Both the position numbers and the translations under genes were made by a program. From Fistulifera solaris (taxonomy: Eukaryota): DNA of 64,000 bases. The notes below the pieces were generated by a model that was not told the DNA's origin, did no database searches, and worked only from the letters and a program-made list of their open reading frames with translations. The stretch lies in the NCBI GenBank assembly GCA_030295235.1, contig AP026150.1, positions 496,001-560,000 of the forward strand, in the 5' to 3' direction. Below, in pieces: positions 47,779-59,872 of the stretch. Positions within the stretch are counted from its first letter, which is position 1; every line of letters starts with the position of its first letter.

Positions 47779-49261
47779 ATGACCAACATGAACAAGACTT
47801 ACACAAAAGAGAATGACAGCGACAGCGACGACTTTCAATTGTGGCAAGAAGCTGGAAAACTCATTCACATTTCCCTGCCTTCGGTCATGACACAATTCAA
47901 TCTCTACTTTATTTTTCCGCAATCGGCTTCTACCGTCGGACGATTGCTCGGAACCGCCGAATTGGCGGCTTTTTCGTTGGGAAGTTTAATCGGAAGTTTG
48001 ACCTGTTTGTCGGTCTTGGTGGGAGCCTTGTCGGGCCTCGATACACTGTTGCCGCGCGCGTACGGTCAACAGGAATATCGTGAATTGGGGCGCTTGTCGT
48101 TACGAGCGATTGTGGTGTGCTGTGCTTTACTTGCACCGGCCCTCATCGGCTTGTCCCAAACCGATTTCATGGAGTTTCTCTTTGTGCAAATTGGAAAACA
48201 AGATACGACTGTCGCCACACTGGCGGCACATACTTGGATTCCAATTTTCTTATGGGGTGTGCCGGCCAATCTGCTCTTTCGTGTGTGGCAACGTTTTTAG
48301 TAGCACAACATCAACCGTGGCCTCCGGCTTGTGCGAGTCTCGTGCCGACGTCACTGCTGCATCCCTTCTTTTGAAAGTACTCATTCCACTCTATGGCTTA
48401 AGCGGATCAGCGTACGCCATTGTCTTGACGCAGTGGAGTACGTTACTGCTTCTTTTACTTGTCATGGTTCGGAATCCGACTCATCAACCCGAATCACTGC
48501 CGGCGCTATTTTCGCTAGCATATTGGCAAGAATCACTCGCACTCGAACCCTTGGGACAGTTCTTGCATCTGAGTGTCGGAGGTGTGGTTAGTTTGTCGGA
48601 ATGGTGGTTTTGGGAAATCATGTGTTTTGCCGCGGGTTCCTTTGGTGTCGTGGCTTTGTGTGCGCATACAATCGCGTACAATCTCATTCCATTGTCGTTC
48701 ATGATTGTACTAGGGACGCAGATTGGCCTGTCGGTGCGTATGGGGACCTTGTTAGCGATGAAACAGTTCGATCATGCCAAGAAATTAGCAACTTGGACGA
48801 TGGGAGTGATTGCAGGCACGGGAGTCATGGCTGGTTGGGTACTGCATAGTCTGCGCCGAAACATTGTGTTGGTGTTTTCGAAAGATCCGGACGTCATGGC
48901 AGTCACATTGGCCATTTGGCCCAAAGTGTGCTACTATATCTTTGTCTTGTTTATATTTGGAATCAATTCCGCAATTTTGCGGACACTGGGAATGCAGTGG
49001 CAGATGGCGGTGGTTGTTTTTACCTCATTGTGGTGCTTTGCGCTACCTCTCGTGTTATACTTGGCCGTTTACCGAGGAGGCGGTCTCGACGAACAGTGGA
49101 CTATATTACCCATTGTCTACACGCTCATGCAAGTCTGGTTGGTGTTCACGTACGGCACAAAGGATTGGAAACAACAAAGTGCGCAGATTCAGCGCGTACG
49201 GACAGATGGAGAATCGGGAATCAACGAACAATCAAAACTTCTAGCAGGAATCGATTGCTAG
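47779..49261 (+). CDS. MATE multidrug/toxin extrusion transporter; frameshifts ~48295-48375
   Basis: VGRLLGTAELAAFSLG, GALSGLDTL..RAYG, SEWWFWE, GLSVRMG.LL, AILR..G.Q, DW near the C-terminus. Confidence 0.88.
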
Positions 49262-49430
49262 ATAATCAATTACTCGGAGTATACTGTAGCAATGCGCTCA
49301 ATCATGTTCAAAGAAAATCGTCTCACGCTCCAGGAAAATGACAAATCCAGAGACATTTTCAAGTCCTGTTCAGATAGACTATCGCATATACTGCATGGAA
49401 AGATTCGATGGAGAGTATATTTCTACCGAG

Positions 49431-51922
49431 TTAAGGAGTAAAATCGATTCCCAATAATACAGGACTATGGTCCGAGTTGCGAACAGCATTGGATCCGTCA
49501 AAGTAAGTTGCAAGGCGCCCAAAGTCCAAATTGTAATCCAGTGCATCGGGCTCGTCTTCATTGATGTGCCATTTCTTGGCATCTACGACCAAAGGGGCTA
49601 GGACGGCATTGACAAACACATAATCAAGAGTACCAATCATGCCGTCGAACACGTAACTGTACTGAACTTCCGGGTTAACGAAGATTTCACGGAACTTTGC
49701 GTTGGGATTAAACGTCGTGTCAGTCAGATATCGAACGGGATCTTCCTTGGCATACGAATTCAAGTCGCCGACAATGGCAATGTTTTTACAGGCCGCTCCA
49801 GTAGGATCCGTATCTAGCCACTGATCCAAAGCCTTGGCAGCCAACAATCGTCGGTTGTTAAAACTAGCAGCACCGTCGTTTTGATCTGCGTCAGCACCGG
49901 TTCCGGTTCCACCTTTTGACTTGAAGTGATTGTTTGCAATAGTAATACAATTTGCACTGCCAATAATCGTAAACGTAGCCGCCAACGATGCGCGATTTGT
50001 ATTAGGACCGTCAAAGAGTGTGCCGCTGGAGTCTTGATTCAAAAGGGTGCTGTTCAACGACTCGACAACGGCGTCATTCAGAATTGCCACACCGTCTACC
50101 ATGATGTTCGTTTTGTGAATGAATCCATTGGAGATGGCATCGCTGCTATCGACGTATTGTTGACCAGGATCGACCCAGTCATACGTTCGCGATGCTGTTA
50201 CACCGTTCAACGCGTCGGTCAAGAATTTTATGGCGTTGCCAGGAGATCCTGGCAGAAAATCATTCTCGATTTCAATCAAAGCGAAAATGTCGGCATCCAT
50301 CTCTAGAAGACAGGTGAGAAGCTTTTCCAGTTGTCGATCAAATTCAGTTTGACTATCGGCCCCCCGAGGGTCATTTCCATTCGATGTCTTGGCAGTTCCA
50401 ATGTCCAATGTCGTGAAGAAGTTCAGAACATTCAGCGTGACAATCTTGAGATCTCCGTTTAAAATCGGAGCAGCAGGGCGAGGATTCTCCGATACAAAGA
50501 TACACTTCCATCCGCTATACTGATGAGACGGTACAACGAAAATGAATAGTAAAGCACTCCAGTCAACGACGTAACACTGTCTCCCCATGCGAATGGGTGT
50601 GACGGGCCAGTTCTGGAATCCATCCAAGAGACGAATGTCATTGTTCTGCGTAGCCAAACCATCATCGTACGTTATGGTGCTGCGGGCGACAAGATCAAGA
50701 TAATCGGCGTATCCTTGGGTATTGGGGACACTCTGCTGCGTATACTGATAGAAGCGTTCAGTTGCTAGTTTTATCTCATTGAAACGATCAAGTTGGAACA
50801 TCTCCGTGATCACTAGCTTGTTACTGACTGTAACAAGCATACCTTCGAATGGTTCTAGGTCGGAGTTGCCCCCATTCGAGGCTGCAAGAGGCAGTGTGAT
50901 GGTAGCCGCGGTAGGAAGAGGATTTCCACTCGAGACCACCGTAATACGGGAGACATCACCAATCTGCGTACTACCAAAAGCTTCACCGGCTGTCCCAACC
51001 ACGATCACTTCATCACCCACGCTGACATCTGTCAACAAAGTTGGATCGTACACAAAGACACCTTCAGAAGTGAGAGGATTATTATCTGCGTCAACGTCTT
51101 CTTCTTGTACGAAAAATCCTGCCAAATTTCGCTTGGTATCACTATCACCATCTTGAAAATCACCTACAACGATGCCTTGAATCGTCACGACAACGCCATT
51201 GAGGGGTGTTGATGCCCCACTTCCTTGTACGGCTGATATCAGGGTAATGTCAGGATCCGTTCCTACATTTGTCTCACAACCCTTAAAATCATAGATCGAA
51301 TCACACAAGGTGTTGGTAGCGCAACCATCGAGGGCGTTCTTGCCACTCACCGTCCATTCCGCCTGGTTAAAAGTTACGGTCGGTGTCGAAGCAGTGCTCA
51401 CATTCTTGCGTTTGATCCAGCCATCGAGATATTCCCAGGCTTGGCCCGTACCATCGACGCCGACCTTACCGATTGTATCAATCGCAACTCCATTTTGCGA
51501 AGCAGAAAAGCATCGTCACCGTTTCCGAGAGAAGCGGATGTAAGATACTGTGGCGTGCAATTGAAATAGCTTAAAAATCCTGCTTCTCCGTTATTCGCGG
51601 TAGCCGCCAAGTAGATGTAGGTCCCTTGAGCCACCGAGTCGGAGGGAAACGTGTAAACGGCAGTCCCCATCGAAGCACCGTTATAGCCAATGGCCATGGT
51701 ATAAATGCTGAGGTCGGCAATGTTGGTGGTCGCAAAAAACTCGACGAATTTCGGATTCCCTCCAAATAGAGGGCCATCCAAAGCGCCGGACAAGATGAGT
51801 TCGGCCTGAAAACAATAGAACACAGCTTAGAATTGAGAACCCGTGGCTACAAATTCCATTATCGATCGACTTACCTTAGTAATCACGGCCAAGTATAACG
51901 AAAAGACAATGAAAAACTTCAT
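49431..51922 (-). CDS. Secreted ExeM/NucH-family extracellular endonuclease (lamin-tail-like + YhcR OB-fold + EEP domain); intron ~51807..51874
   Basis: Signal-peptide exon MKFFIVFSLYLAVITK then GTAAGT donor; ISAVQG.G..TPL.G..V...G.V.GDFQ, GFFVQEE, SEGVFVY, EPFEGMLV, NVLNFFTT, RGA....EF.RQ..K, EIEN, NHFKSKG, GDLNSYAKEDP, YSYVFDG..GTLD, WHIN.DEP, SDHSP. Frameshifts near 51410-51500 and 50510-50585. Confidence 0.88.
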
Positions 51923-53369
51923 GGTGACGGTCTTTATTTAATGTACACTTGCTAGCAGCGGCGACGAAAATCAAAGATGATATGAATGAGACCGTGCAAG
52001 GAAGCAATCGAGGACGTGATACACATTGATCGCATTTTCCATGAATCCTCATGAAAGTCGATGAATCTTTGTAGAGATTCGATTTGCTCTGATTGTTTTC
52101 TTTCAACGATTACGTCTCGTCAGATATACAGCTGTAGCTTGTATGATGTGCGAATCAGTTAACTGCACTCTCATATCGGAATGTTCTAATTACACTCGGA
52201 GTAGGTTAAATTGCAATTACTAGTGATAAACTAGACTAACTACTTGTAGTTCTGGTCTCACAGATTCATTTGGACGATGATGCGATTTGTCACGTTAAAA
52301 AATTTTTCGCACGTTTTTCTACAAAGTAATGCAAATTGACAGTAATTCTGACAATGGTAAAGGTTCGATCGTTTGAGCATATTTTGGCAAAACGGTTTTC
52401 CCGTCATACTGGTACGTTGTACTCCGTACCTGGTACTGCTAGTTGATAGAGGTGACTGCAAAACATGGTTCCGTTAATTCAATCAGCCAGAAATTCTGAT
52501 TGAAGGAGCCTTAGATGCTACCCCGTAGTAGCAATTTATGTGACTCGCCTATGCGGATGCTAATGCTTATAAACAAAAATCAGCGCCATATCAATATTTG
52601 CGTCGGCGTAAGGAGAGACACTTGGACCAAAGCCCGACTCAAATTGATCTCATTCCCGTTTGGTGACAAGAAACTACGAGCACTAATTTGTTTCACTGAC
52701 ACACGCGACATTTTGCTCTAACTGAATCTAACTTTTTAGGCAAAGAAGCAAAGAAATGGTTAAGAACAGCGAGGCATTCCGCAACCAAGTCATTAGACTG
52801 TCAGCGGAACATTAAGCACACATTAATATTTTCCAAGCCCTGCGCAACCGATGATGATTACAGTACAAATTAATGATCGACGGCACTTCCATTGTATCAA
52901 AGCAATCTCTCTGTCTAGTCTCTATGAGAAATTGGTGAGGTTAGACGCCAGACGCCTGGATATTCTTATAAACGTACTCCATAGTTACGGACAGACATAC
53001 GTGCGTGGATCGTGGAGGACGTTTTTCGTTTATGTCAAAAAAGTACCTGGTATGTCCTACCGAATGCCAAGTCCGGCTAAGAATTTCATCTAGACAGTAC
53101 TTAAAAGTGTGGTTTACAACCCCTGCTATAGTCGTGGTTCAACATTCCGCTACACTTTACCCTTAACTTAATCCCTCGCTTTCTGCTTCCCTCGCTGTTT
53201 CCTGATTCCTGTTTCCTTTTTCCATTCATTCGCAAAAGACTCTTACTACAAAGTATTTTTTTATAACTCCGTATCATTTTTACGTCCTCGCTGCTTGTTG
53301 GTTTAAATTCATCATCGTGTTTGATTGTTTCAGTATATAATATCGTGCTTTTGTAAATAATAAAAGGCC

Positions 53370-54866
53370 ATGTTTAAAGTCAAACGAAGAATAAGATCGA
53401 TTCGAGAAAAGAAGCAATCACGAACGAGCCATGAACCAGTGACAGATCCATCCAGCAGTGCCGCGACACCGCAACGCGGCATTTTGAAATCCGATAACTC
53501 CTGTAGGAGCAGTCAATCGCCCAATTCCTTGTCGATATGGGCCAGCAATTCAAGTCCGAGTGCTAGTGCTGCCGAAGAAGCACCAATTCAGGCAGGACTG
53601 CCAAGTGTCGGTAGCGCGGAACGCAACAATCATCATTCATTGGAGAAACCACGGCGTGTCCATTTTGATAGCGTACGGATCCGTGAATACGAACGAACAC
53701 TCGGTGATAATCCTTCTTGCTCCAGTGGAGCTCCTATTACGTAAGTTTCTAAGGGAGCAGCTGCTTCTAGCAGAATGCACATCTTATACTCAATCCGCAA
53801 TCAATCAATCATTCATTTTTCTTTTCTTTACAGACTGGGATGGTCGCATGGAAAAGAAAGTCGAGTGAATATTAATGAATACGAATCTGTCCGACAGAAG
53901 CGGCGGGATCAAAGGGAACTCACTCTGTCGCGAGTGGCGAGGGAGGAACTACTTTTGGAGTGGGGAGCGACGTTTAATGAAATTATTGAAGCAATACGGA
54001 CGAATGTGAAAATAAAGCATCAGCGAAGACGTACCGTGAATTCCATAGGGACATACGATAAACTAGAAGAGGCAATGGAGCGAGCCGGGCGAAAATTAAA
54101 GAAAACTTTGCTGCCGCAGAAAGGATCGGGATCACAACAGTGGAGAAACAATTCCGATTCAAAATACGCTCAGTCGTCGGCGTCGGATTCTCCCGTGTCG
54201 TCCTTGTCCTCCGAGCCCGTCACAGGTCATACAACAGCCATTGCGAATGCATCGGATGATTCGTCACAATCCAGTATTCGTCGGACGAATCATAAAACAG
54301 AGCAAATCAGGGAAATCACGGTGGAAGGTTTGCATGGAGGTAACCCCGCATCGAACGCGGTCCCTATAATAGTATCGCGCGAGTCTTTCTCGTTGTCGCG
54401 ACCGATTCCTTCCATTGAAATTCCCGCCGCGGCATCGTGTGCGAGTGCCATGTCGGTCCTAGAAGATGATTTTGACGAAGCTGGTTATGATGATTTTGAG
54501 GATTTACTGGATCCGTATATCACGGAGGAGGGTGATCGAATGTATCCATCGGAAATCCATTTAGTTGGTGACTATGACATGGAAACACTCACGGATAGTT
54601 ACGCTGGTTATTCGATGCACACTGCCGAGGGCTTTGAGACGCTGACGCGTGACCAATCTCACTGGAGAGTCGAAGCTGGGTCAACCAATTCGGGACCCAA
54701 AGTCAAGCCTGTGTTCAATCCCATTACAATTTACGAAGACGGTCCTGACGATCCTGGTCAATATCCGGGACCCATCAATCATCCATCGGTGGAAATGTGG
54801 CAGAGATCAGGCTTTCAAATGCAACCTCCGCCTCAGTCTTCGTCGTTCATTTCACGCTGGGACTGA
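53370..54866 (+). CDS. Uncharacterised 'GDNPSC-PI-W' family protein, paralogue A; exons 53370..53740 and 53834..54866
   Basis: RGILK..RRVHFDSVRIREYERTLGDNPSCSSGAPIT|LGW..INEYE..R.RR..REELL.EWG..KIK.QR..T. GTAAGT..TACAG intron. Confidence 0.82.
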
Positions 54867-55667
54867 AAGGTTGGCACGCCTGTTTTGGTTGTTAACGACT
54901 AGATGTATAATAGAATGCCAAATAGAATGAATTCCTAGCTGTATATGCGAGGACTCCTGCAGTTTTACACGCAGTGATCCGCAATCAAATTCCTATTCTG
55001 CCCTTAATCATCGCAAATTACATGAATGACAGCTCTATCCGAGACTGTTAATCATCCAGCTTTGTCTTTTCCTCGTTTAGTCGCTACCTAGAGAGCTGAG
55101 CAGGGTGCCTAGTACTAGGTGCGTGGAGCTTTGATGATGTAGGATAGAGGATAAAGCCCATGGGCCACCGGCCACTCGGCCACTCGCCACGCACCATGAA
55201 ATTTCAAGCCCTTGCGCCACTCTACTATAAAGCTATATGTACCTACAACACGTACGACGGGTCTTTTCCAACCAGTAAAAATGCCGTGAAAGTTCCGAAA
55301 AGATGACGGAGGATCGAGAACACACTCTCTTCTAAAGAGTAGGGAGTATCTGCCTCGGCACTCGGCACACTTGTCTGTTGCTATTGTTGCAAATCATCTG
55401 CAAAGGATCGCTTTTTGCTTTGATTGCCTTCACCATTGATTTTTGTTAACTACATTCTCAGTTGAAGCACATTTGAAACTAATCTTGTCAATTTACAACT
55501 ATATCCGCACCCCAAAGCCAGCGCAACTCTATTTAATTTCGAAACAGAATGAATAAACTTCGTTGCACTGACACTCTAATCTCACTCAATCCGCAAAGGA
55601 CGACGCTACAATCGAGGAAACCTCGACGTGCACATCGTTAGACGATTCCTTATCCTCGGGTAATTCT

Positions 55668-56247
55668 ATGCGAAGCACCAGCGTGGAAACAAGCATCGAT
55701 ACACCCAGCACAGCATTATCTGAAGGGCCTCTAACTACAATTATGAAACTCGACAATGGCCTCGAACGAAAAGTCTCGTTCAAACATGTTCATGTCAAAG
55801 AATTTGACCGTATTATCGGAGATAATCCTTCCTGCTCTTTTGGTGTTCCTATATCGTAAGTATTTAAGAGTGTGGTGAAGCCTAGTTTGTAGTGCTTTCT
55901 TTCTTTCGTGCTTTGTGTCTCACGCAGTCTCTCGCACACACAGAATTGGCTGGACCGTCGAAAACGAATCAGAAATTGATATGGAAGAATACGAGTCGTT
56001 TCGAGAACACCATCGTCGGAGTAAATTAGAAATGCTGTTACCGAAAGAAACACGGGAAGTTCTATTGATGGATTGGGGATGTTCGACTAAAGACATGTCG
56101 CTAGCCGTGAAGGAAAAAGTCAAGATCAAGAATCAACGAAACTTCACCGTCGCGAAACTCGGGCCCATTGATTCGTTGGAAGAATGGATGGAACGAGCAA
56201 ATCGCAAGATGAAAAAGATGTTTCGAAGACGTCAAACAAGCTCATAG
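55668..56247 (+). CDS. Same family, paralogue B; exons ~55668..55855 and 55944..56247 (start uncertain)
   Basis: RKVSFKHVHVKEFDRIIGDNPSCSFGVPIS|IGW..MEEYE..R..RR..REVLLMDWG..KIKNQR..T. GTAAGT..ACAG intron. Confidence 0.8.
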
Positions 56248-56511
56248 TTTTATCCGAAGGACTGCTATGTCTCAAGGCACTGTCTTGAGCTCGGATTCTG
56301 CTTGCATCAAAGCGAGCTGTTCTATGATTGAGTTACTATTTTCTAATTCCATGTTCGCCATCATTGGTTGATGGCCCATCTTCAAATTTTTGCATAATAC
56401 TCTATAGTTCTCTTTTTCTCAGTTCGTCAAAAGTAGTGAACGCATGTTATGCAACACTACTTTCTACGTAACTATTGCGTTGCCTTATTCAAATATATCC
56501 TACTGTAGCTC

Positions 56512-57180
56512 TTAAAAGAACGCTTTTCGTAATGCATCGTAATAACAAAATTCGAAAACTGTTTCATAAATGTGCGCACCCAAAATGGGGGGTCCCAACA
56601 ATCCATTTTCCAAAAAGGGAGCCGCCCGCGAGGTCTCAAGTAAACCTTTCTTTCTTCTTTCATTTCTAGTGACTGCTGATATTAATGGACGTAAGTGTTT
56701 CCATTTTTCCAAATCCAGTTGTTTGCCGTCTCCCGATTCCGAATCCGTATGATCACCCGAATGCGACTCTAAATCCAGATCGGAATCCGACACTTCCATA
56801 CGTTCCATCTGATGTTGCGCCCGAATCTTCTTGACTTCTTCCATTTTCTTGTCAAGTTCTTCCATTTCCTTTCGTGTACTTTTCTTAAACAGCATCTTTC
56901 GCACCAACGATCGACCAGCATTCTCCAACAACTCTTCGACTTTCGAATGTTTATCGAGATTGGTGACAGTCTGCCGCCGTTGATTCTTAATTTTAATGTT
57001 GGCGCGGACCGCATTCGCAATTTGCGTCTGTGAGACATCCCATTCGTACCGCAACATTTGTTGACGAATGTCGCGCGGTAAGACCATTTCAAAGTGGGCT
57101 CTCCGGGGCGGTCGCATTTCTTCGTATTTGTCTAACGAGATGACGGTAGATTGGGGATTGTATTCCCACGCAATACTATG

Positions 57181-57211
<31 letters not shown>

Positions 57212-57555
57212 CAGGAATGAGAAGAATAGTGCGATGAAGGAAACACGCACGATACACACAAAATATCCGCTTACCCGATCGGCGGACCGGCCGTGCAACT
57301 CGGATTGTCCGAAAGAGTCCGCGCATATTCGCGTATTTCAATATTGTGAAATTGAATGCCTTTGTTGTCATCTCTCTGTTTATAAGGATTGTGCAAACTG
57401 TCATCGACCGTTGTAACTTTGAGAATTCCTTTGATTCGATTACTAGGATACGTCGGGACGGATTTACTCCGCGCTCTCACTACTGTCATGCTCCGTGAAC
57501 TCTCCATCGTCGCCGATGCCGATTGGGCACGACCTTTTCGACGAAACATTATCAA
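56512..57555 (-). CDS. Same family, paralogue C; exons 57555..57275 and 57175..56512
   Basis: KGILK..KGIQFHNIEIREYARTLSDNPSCTAGPPIG|IAW..LDKYE..R..RR..RQQML..EW..KIKNQR..T. GTAAGC..CATAG intron. Confidence 0.8.
57184..57211. repeat. (GA)n microsatellite inside the intron of paralogue C
   Basis: Direct reading; forms the polypyrimidine tract on the minus strand. Confidence 0.9.
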
Positions 57556-58214
57556 TTGAGTTACAGGTTATAAACTGATTCAAAATTGGTGTAGTATATT
57601 TAAAAATGAAACAAGGGTGTCATAAAGAAGAAGAAGAAAGTCAATAATACTGCATAGCAACGCAAACGGTGTACGGAACCATAGGATGCAGTGTTACTCT
57701 CAAAAACAGCGCCGCAGAACGGCAAACAGAGCGAGCCAAAGCATTTCGCATTTCATAGCGCGGCGGAATTTTTCCCTTTGCAAAAGAAAATGCAACACAA
57801 ATGAAAACTCGAACATCCATCATCATTTACCAAGAATGACATCCTGCGACTCTCCACTCTCTCATTGTTTGTACAAAAGAAATCGACAAATCAGAAAGGA
57901 CAGTAGACAGGCAAAAACTGTTCCAGAGCCTGATTTGCATTGTACACTCTACACCAAACTCTCGGAGGAAGAGAAAAAAGATCGTCGGCCTTTCTTTCTT
58001 GTCTTCCCACTTCCCAACATCCTGGCGGAAGTTGTCAATATTTTTATCGTTACGTGGGTTACGTCATCCAGTGATCCGTCATCAACGCTATAGATGGCAT
58101 GCGCATGCAACGATGATCTGTTTCGACATCCATTCGTTGAGCAGAGAATTGCAAATGTCACTCTTAGCATGTCTCTGGAGAAGCTTTCCATAAAAGCCAG
58201 GCTGACCGCGGGAT

Positions 58215-58216
<2 letters not shown>

Positions 58217-58248
<32 letters not shown>
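58217..58248. repeat. (CT)n microsatellite
   Basis: Direct reading. Confidence 0.9.
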
Positions 58249-58252
<4 letters not shown>

Positions 58253-58892
58253 AGCTCGTGACAAAAAAGGGATATTCCGTATCCAGAGAAGGGACAAGTA
58301 CGGTACTCGTTCAGCTCGATTTTTGACGTCAATTTATCGAAAGATGCATCGCAAAGGCAGAAAACATACTACTAAAGAAGAGATGATTAACACAAGATTT
58401 CACGAAGGTGGACGATGGCGAACGCGAGAACCCATTGCAAAACGGATGCGCGAAAATTCTAGCTCGTGACTGCAAATCCAGTCCTGGAAAATCCGATAAC
58501 ACGCACGCGCCCATGCATCCGACGCGAATTTCAACAGTTTGGGTCGAACTACTATTGCAACTGAACCTACCAATGATGATTCTTCGCAATTTGGTAATCG
58601 GGGCGATATTATGATGAGAATGAGTTTGAGCACATGTACTGGCATGGTGCCTTTGGCCGGTTACAAAGAACGCCGACCGTCAAACTACGCTTACTCCCTC
58701 TTTCTCTTGAGCAATCTAACAAGCTAACAACATTCATCCCTTTTTTTAATTCAAATACACTGTGTTGTAGACAAAAAAACAGGGTAGCTTTTATTCCTTG
58801 ATCAAAACATGCGTTATTTATTCTGGCAAGTTCCGTTTCCAGTGCATTGCCGACAAGACAGAGCCTACCACTATTCTTCTGAAATTACAAAC

Positions 58893-59393
58893 TTATAGTT
58901 TCTTATTGTGTGTATCCTTTTGTTGCAATGTCGCCGTCGGATCCTCAATGCCGAGCGTTTGCAATACATCCGACAGGGACTCAATTTGACGTTGCAATAC
59001 CGCCGGCGGCCGGGCGGCCCGGATTTCTCCCGGTCGATCGACATATTCGAGAACTGCCATGTCGGCATTGTCTCCTTTGCGTCGTTGTGCCAATTTGAGA
59101 ATGCGCGTGTATCCACCTTCGCGGAATTGATACCGCGGCCCCAAGACGTTGAGTAGTTTGGTTTGTGCTTCGGCTGTTGTGACAATTTTGTTAATTTCTC
59201 GACGTGCATGTAACGGATCGTTCCCTTTGGCTTTCGTAATGAGTTTATCGGCCAAGTAACGTGCCTCCTTGGCTTTGTGTGTGGTAGTGACGATGCGTTC
59301 GTGCTCGACGAGCGATGTGACCATGTTTTTCAACATGGCCCACTTGTGTGCCGGAGTGCGACTGAGTTTGCGGAAATTAATACCTTTGCGCAT
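58893..59393 (-). CDS. Ribosomal protein bL17 (organellar, probably mitochondrial)
   Basis: RKLSRTPAHKWAMLKNMVTSLVEHERIVTT..KAKE, RY..REGGYTRILKL..R.GDNADMAVLEYV. Confidence 0.93.
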   Translation of the reverse strand: MRKGINFRKLSRTPAHKWAMLKNMVTSLVEHERIVTTTHKAKEARYLADKLITKAKGNDPLHARREINKIVTTAEAQTKLLNVLGPRYQFREGGYTRILKLAQRRKGDNADMAVLEYVDRPGEIRAARPPAVLQRQIESLSDVLQTLGIEDPTATLQQKDTHNKKL

Positions 59394-59872
59394 TCGAATG
59401 GTACCAGGTAGTTAAGAATGATGATGATGATGATGATGATAGTTGCTGAATGAAAAGTGAATTCAAAACAAGAGTTTGTATGACTTTATTGAGAGTATAC
59501 TAGTATTGTGAATTTGCGATGATCGGCGGTGCGGTGCTTTGCATCTCTCTCACAGTACCTTGGACAGTGGAGTGCTTTGTATTCAGTACAAAGTATTCAT
59601 TGCGCGGGACGCTCGATTTACGGGTGACGGTAGGACTGACAAAATATTATTCGGAACCCTAAGCACTTAAAAGGCTCCCTAGTCCGAAAAAGCGCCCTCC
59701 GACGACAAATAATAAATAGGAGTAATGATGTTCTCGTTTTTGTTGTTATTATTTCTTCTTTGTTTCTTTCAAAGGATCCGATTGCAACAGCCTACCTTCT
59801 TTTATAGTCGACTCCTTTGTTCCTATTTACTTACTTGTCTTACGTAGAAGCCAAACATATCAATAGAACAGA

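Noticed and set aside
55163..55370. Short GGCCACTC / CTCGGCA tandem duplications
   Set aside because: Only 2-3 copies of 7-8 bp; compatible with local slippage; no supportable function.
57184..58248. (GA)n and (CT)n tracts as terminal inverted repeats of an element
   Set aside because: Simple microsatellites; one is an intron polypyrimidine tract; no TSD or further inverted homology seen.
57686..58727. Several short ORFs, including one with an ERERER run
   Set aside because: Derived from the (CT)n microsatellite and ordinary intergenic sequence; no family signal.
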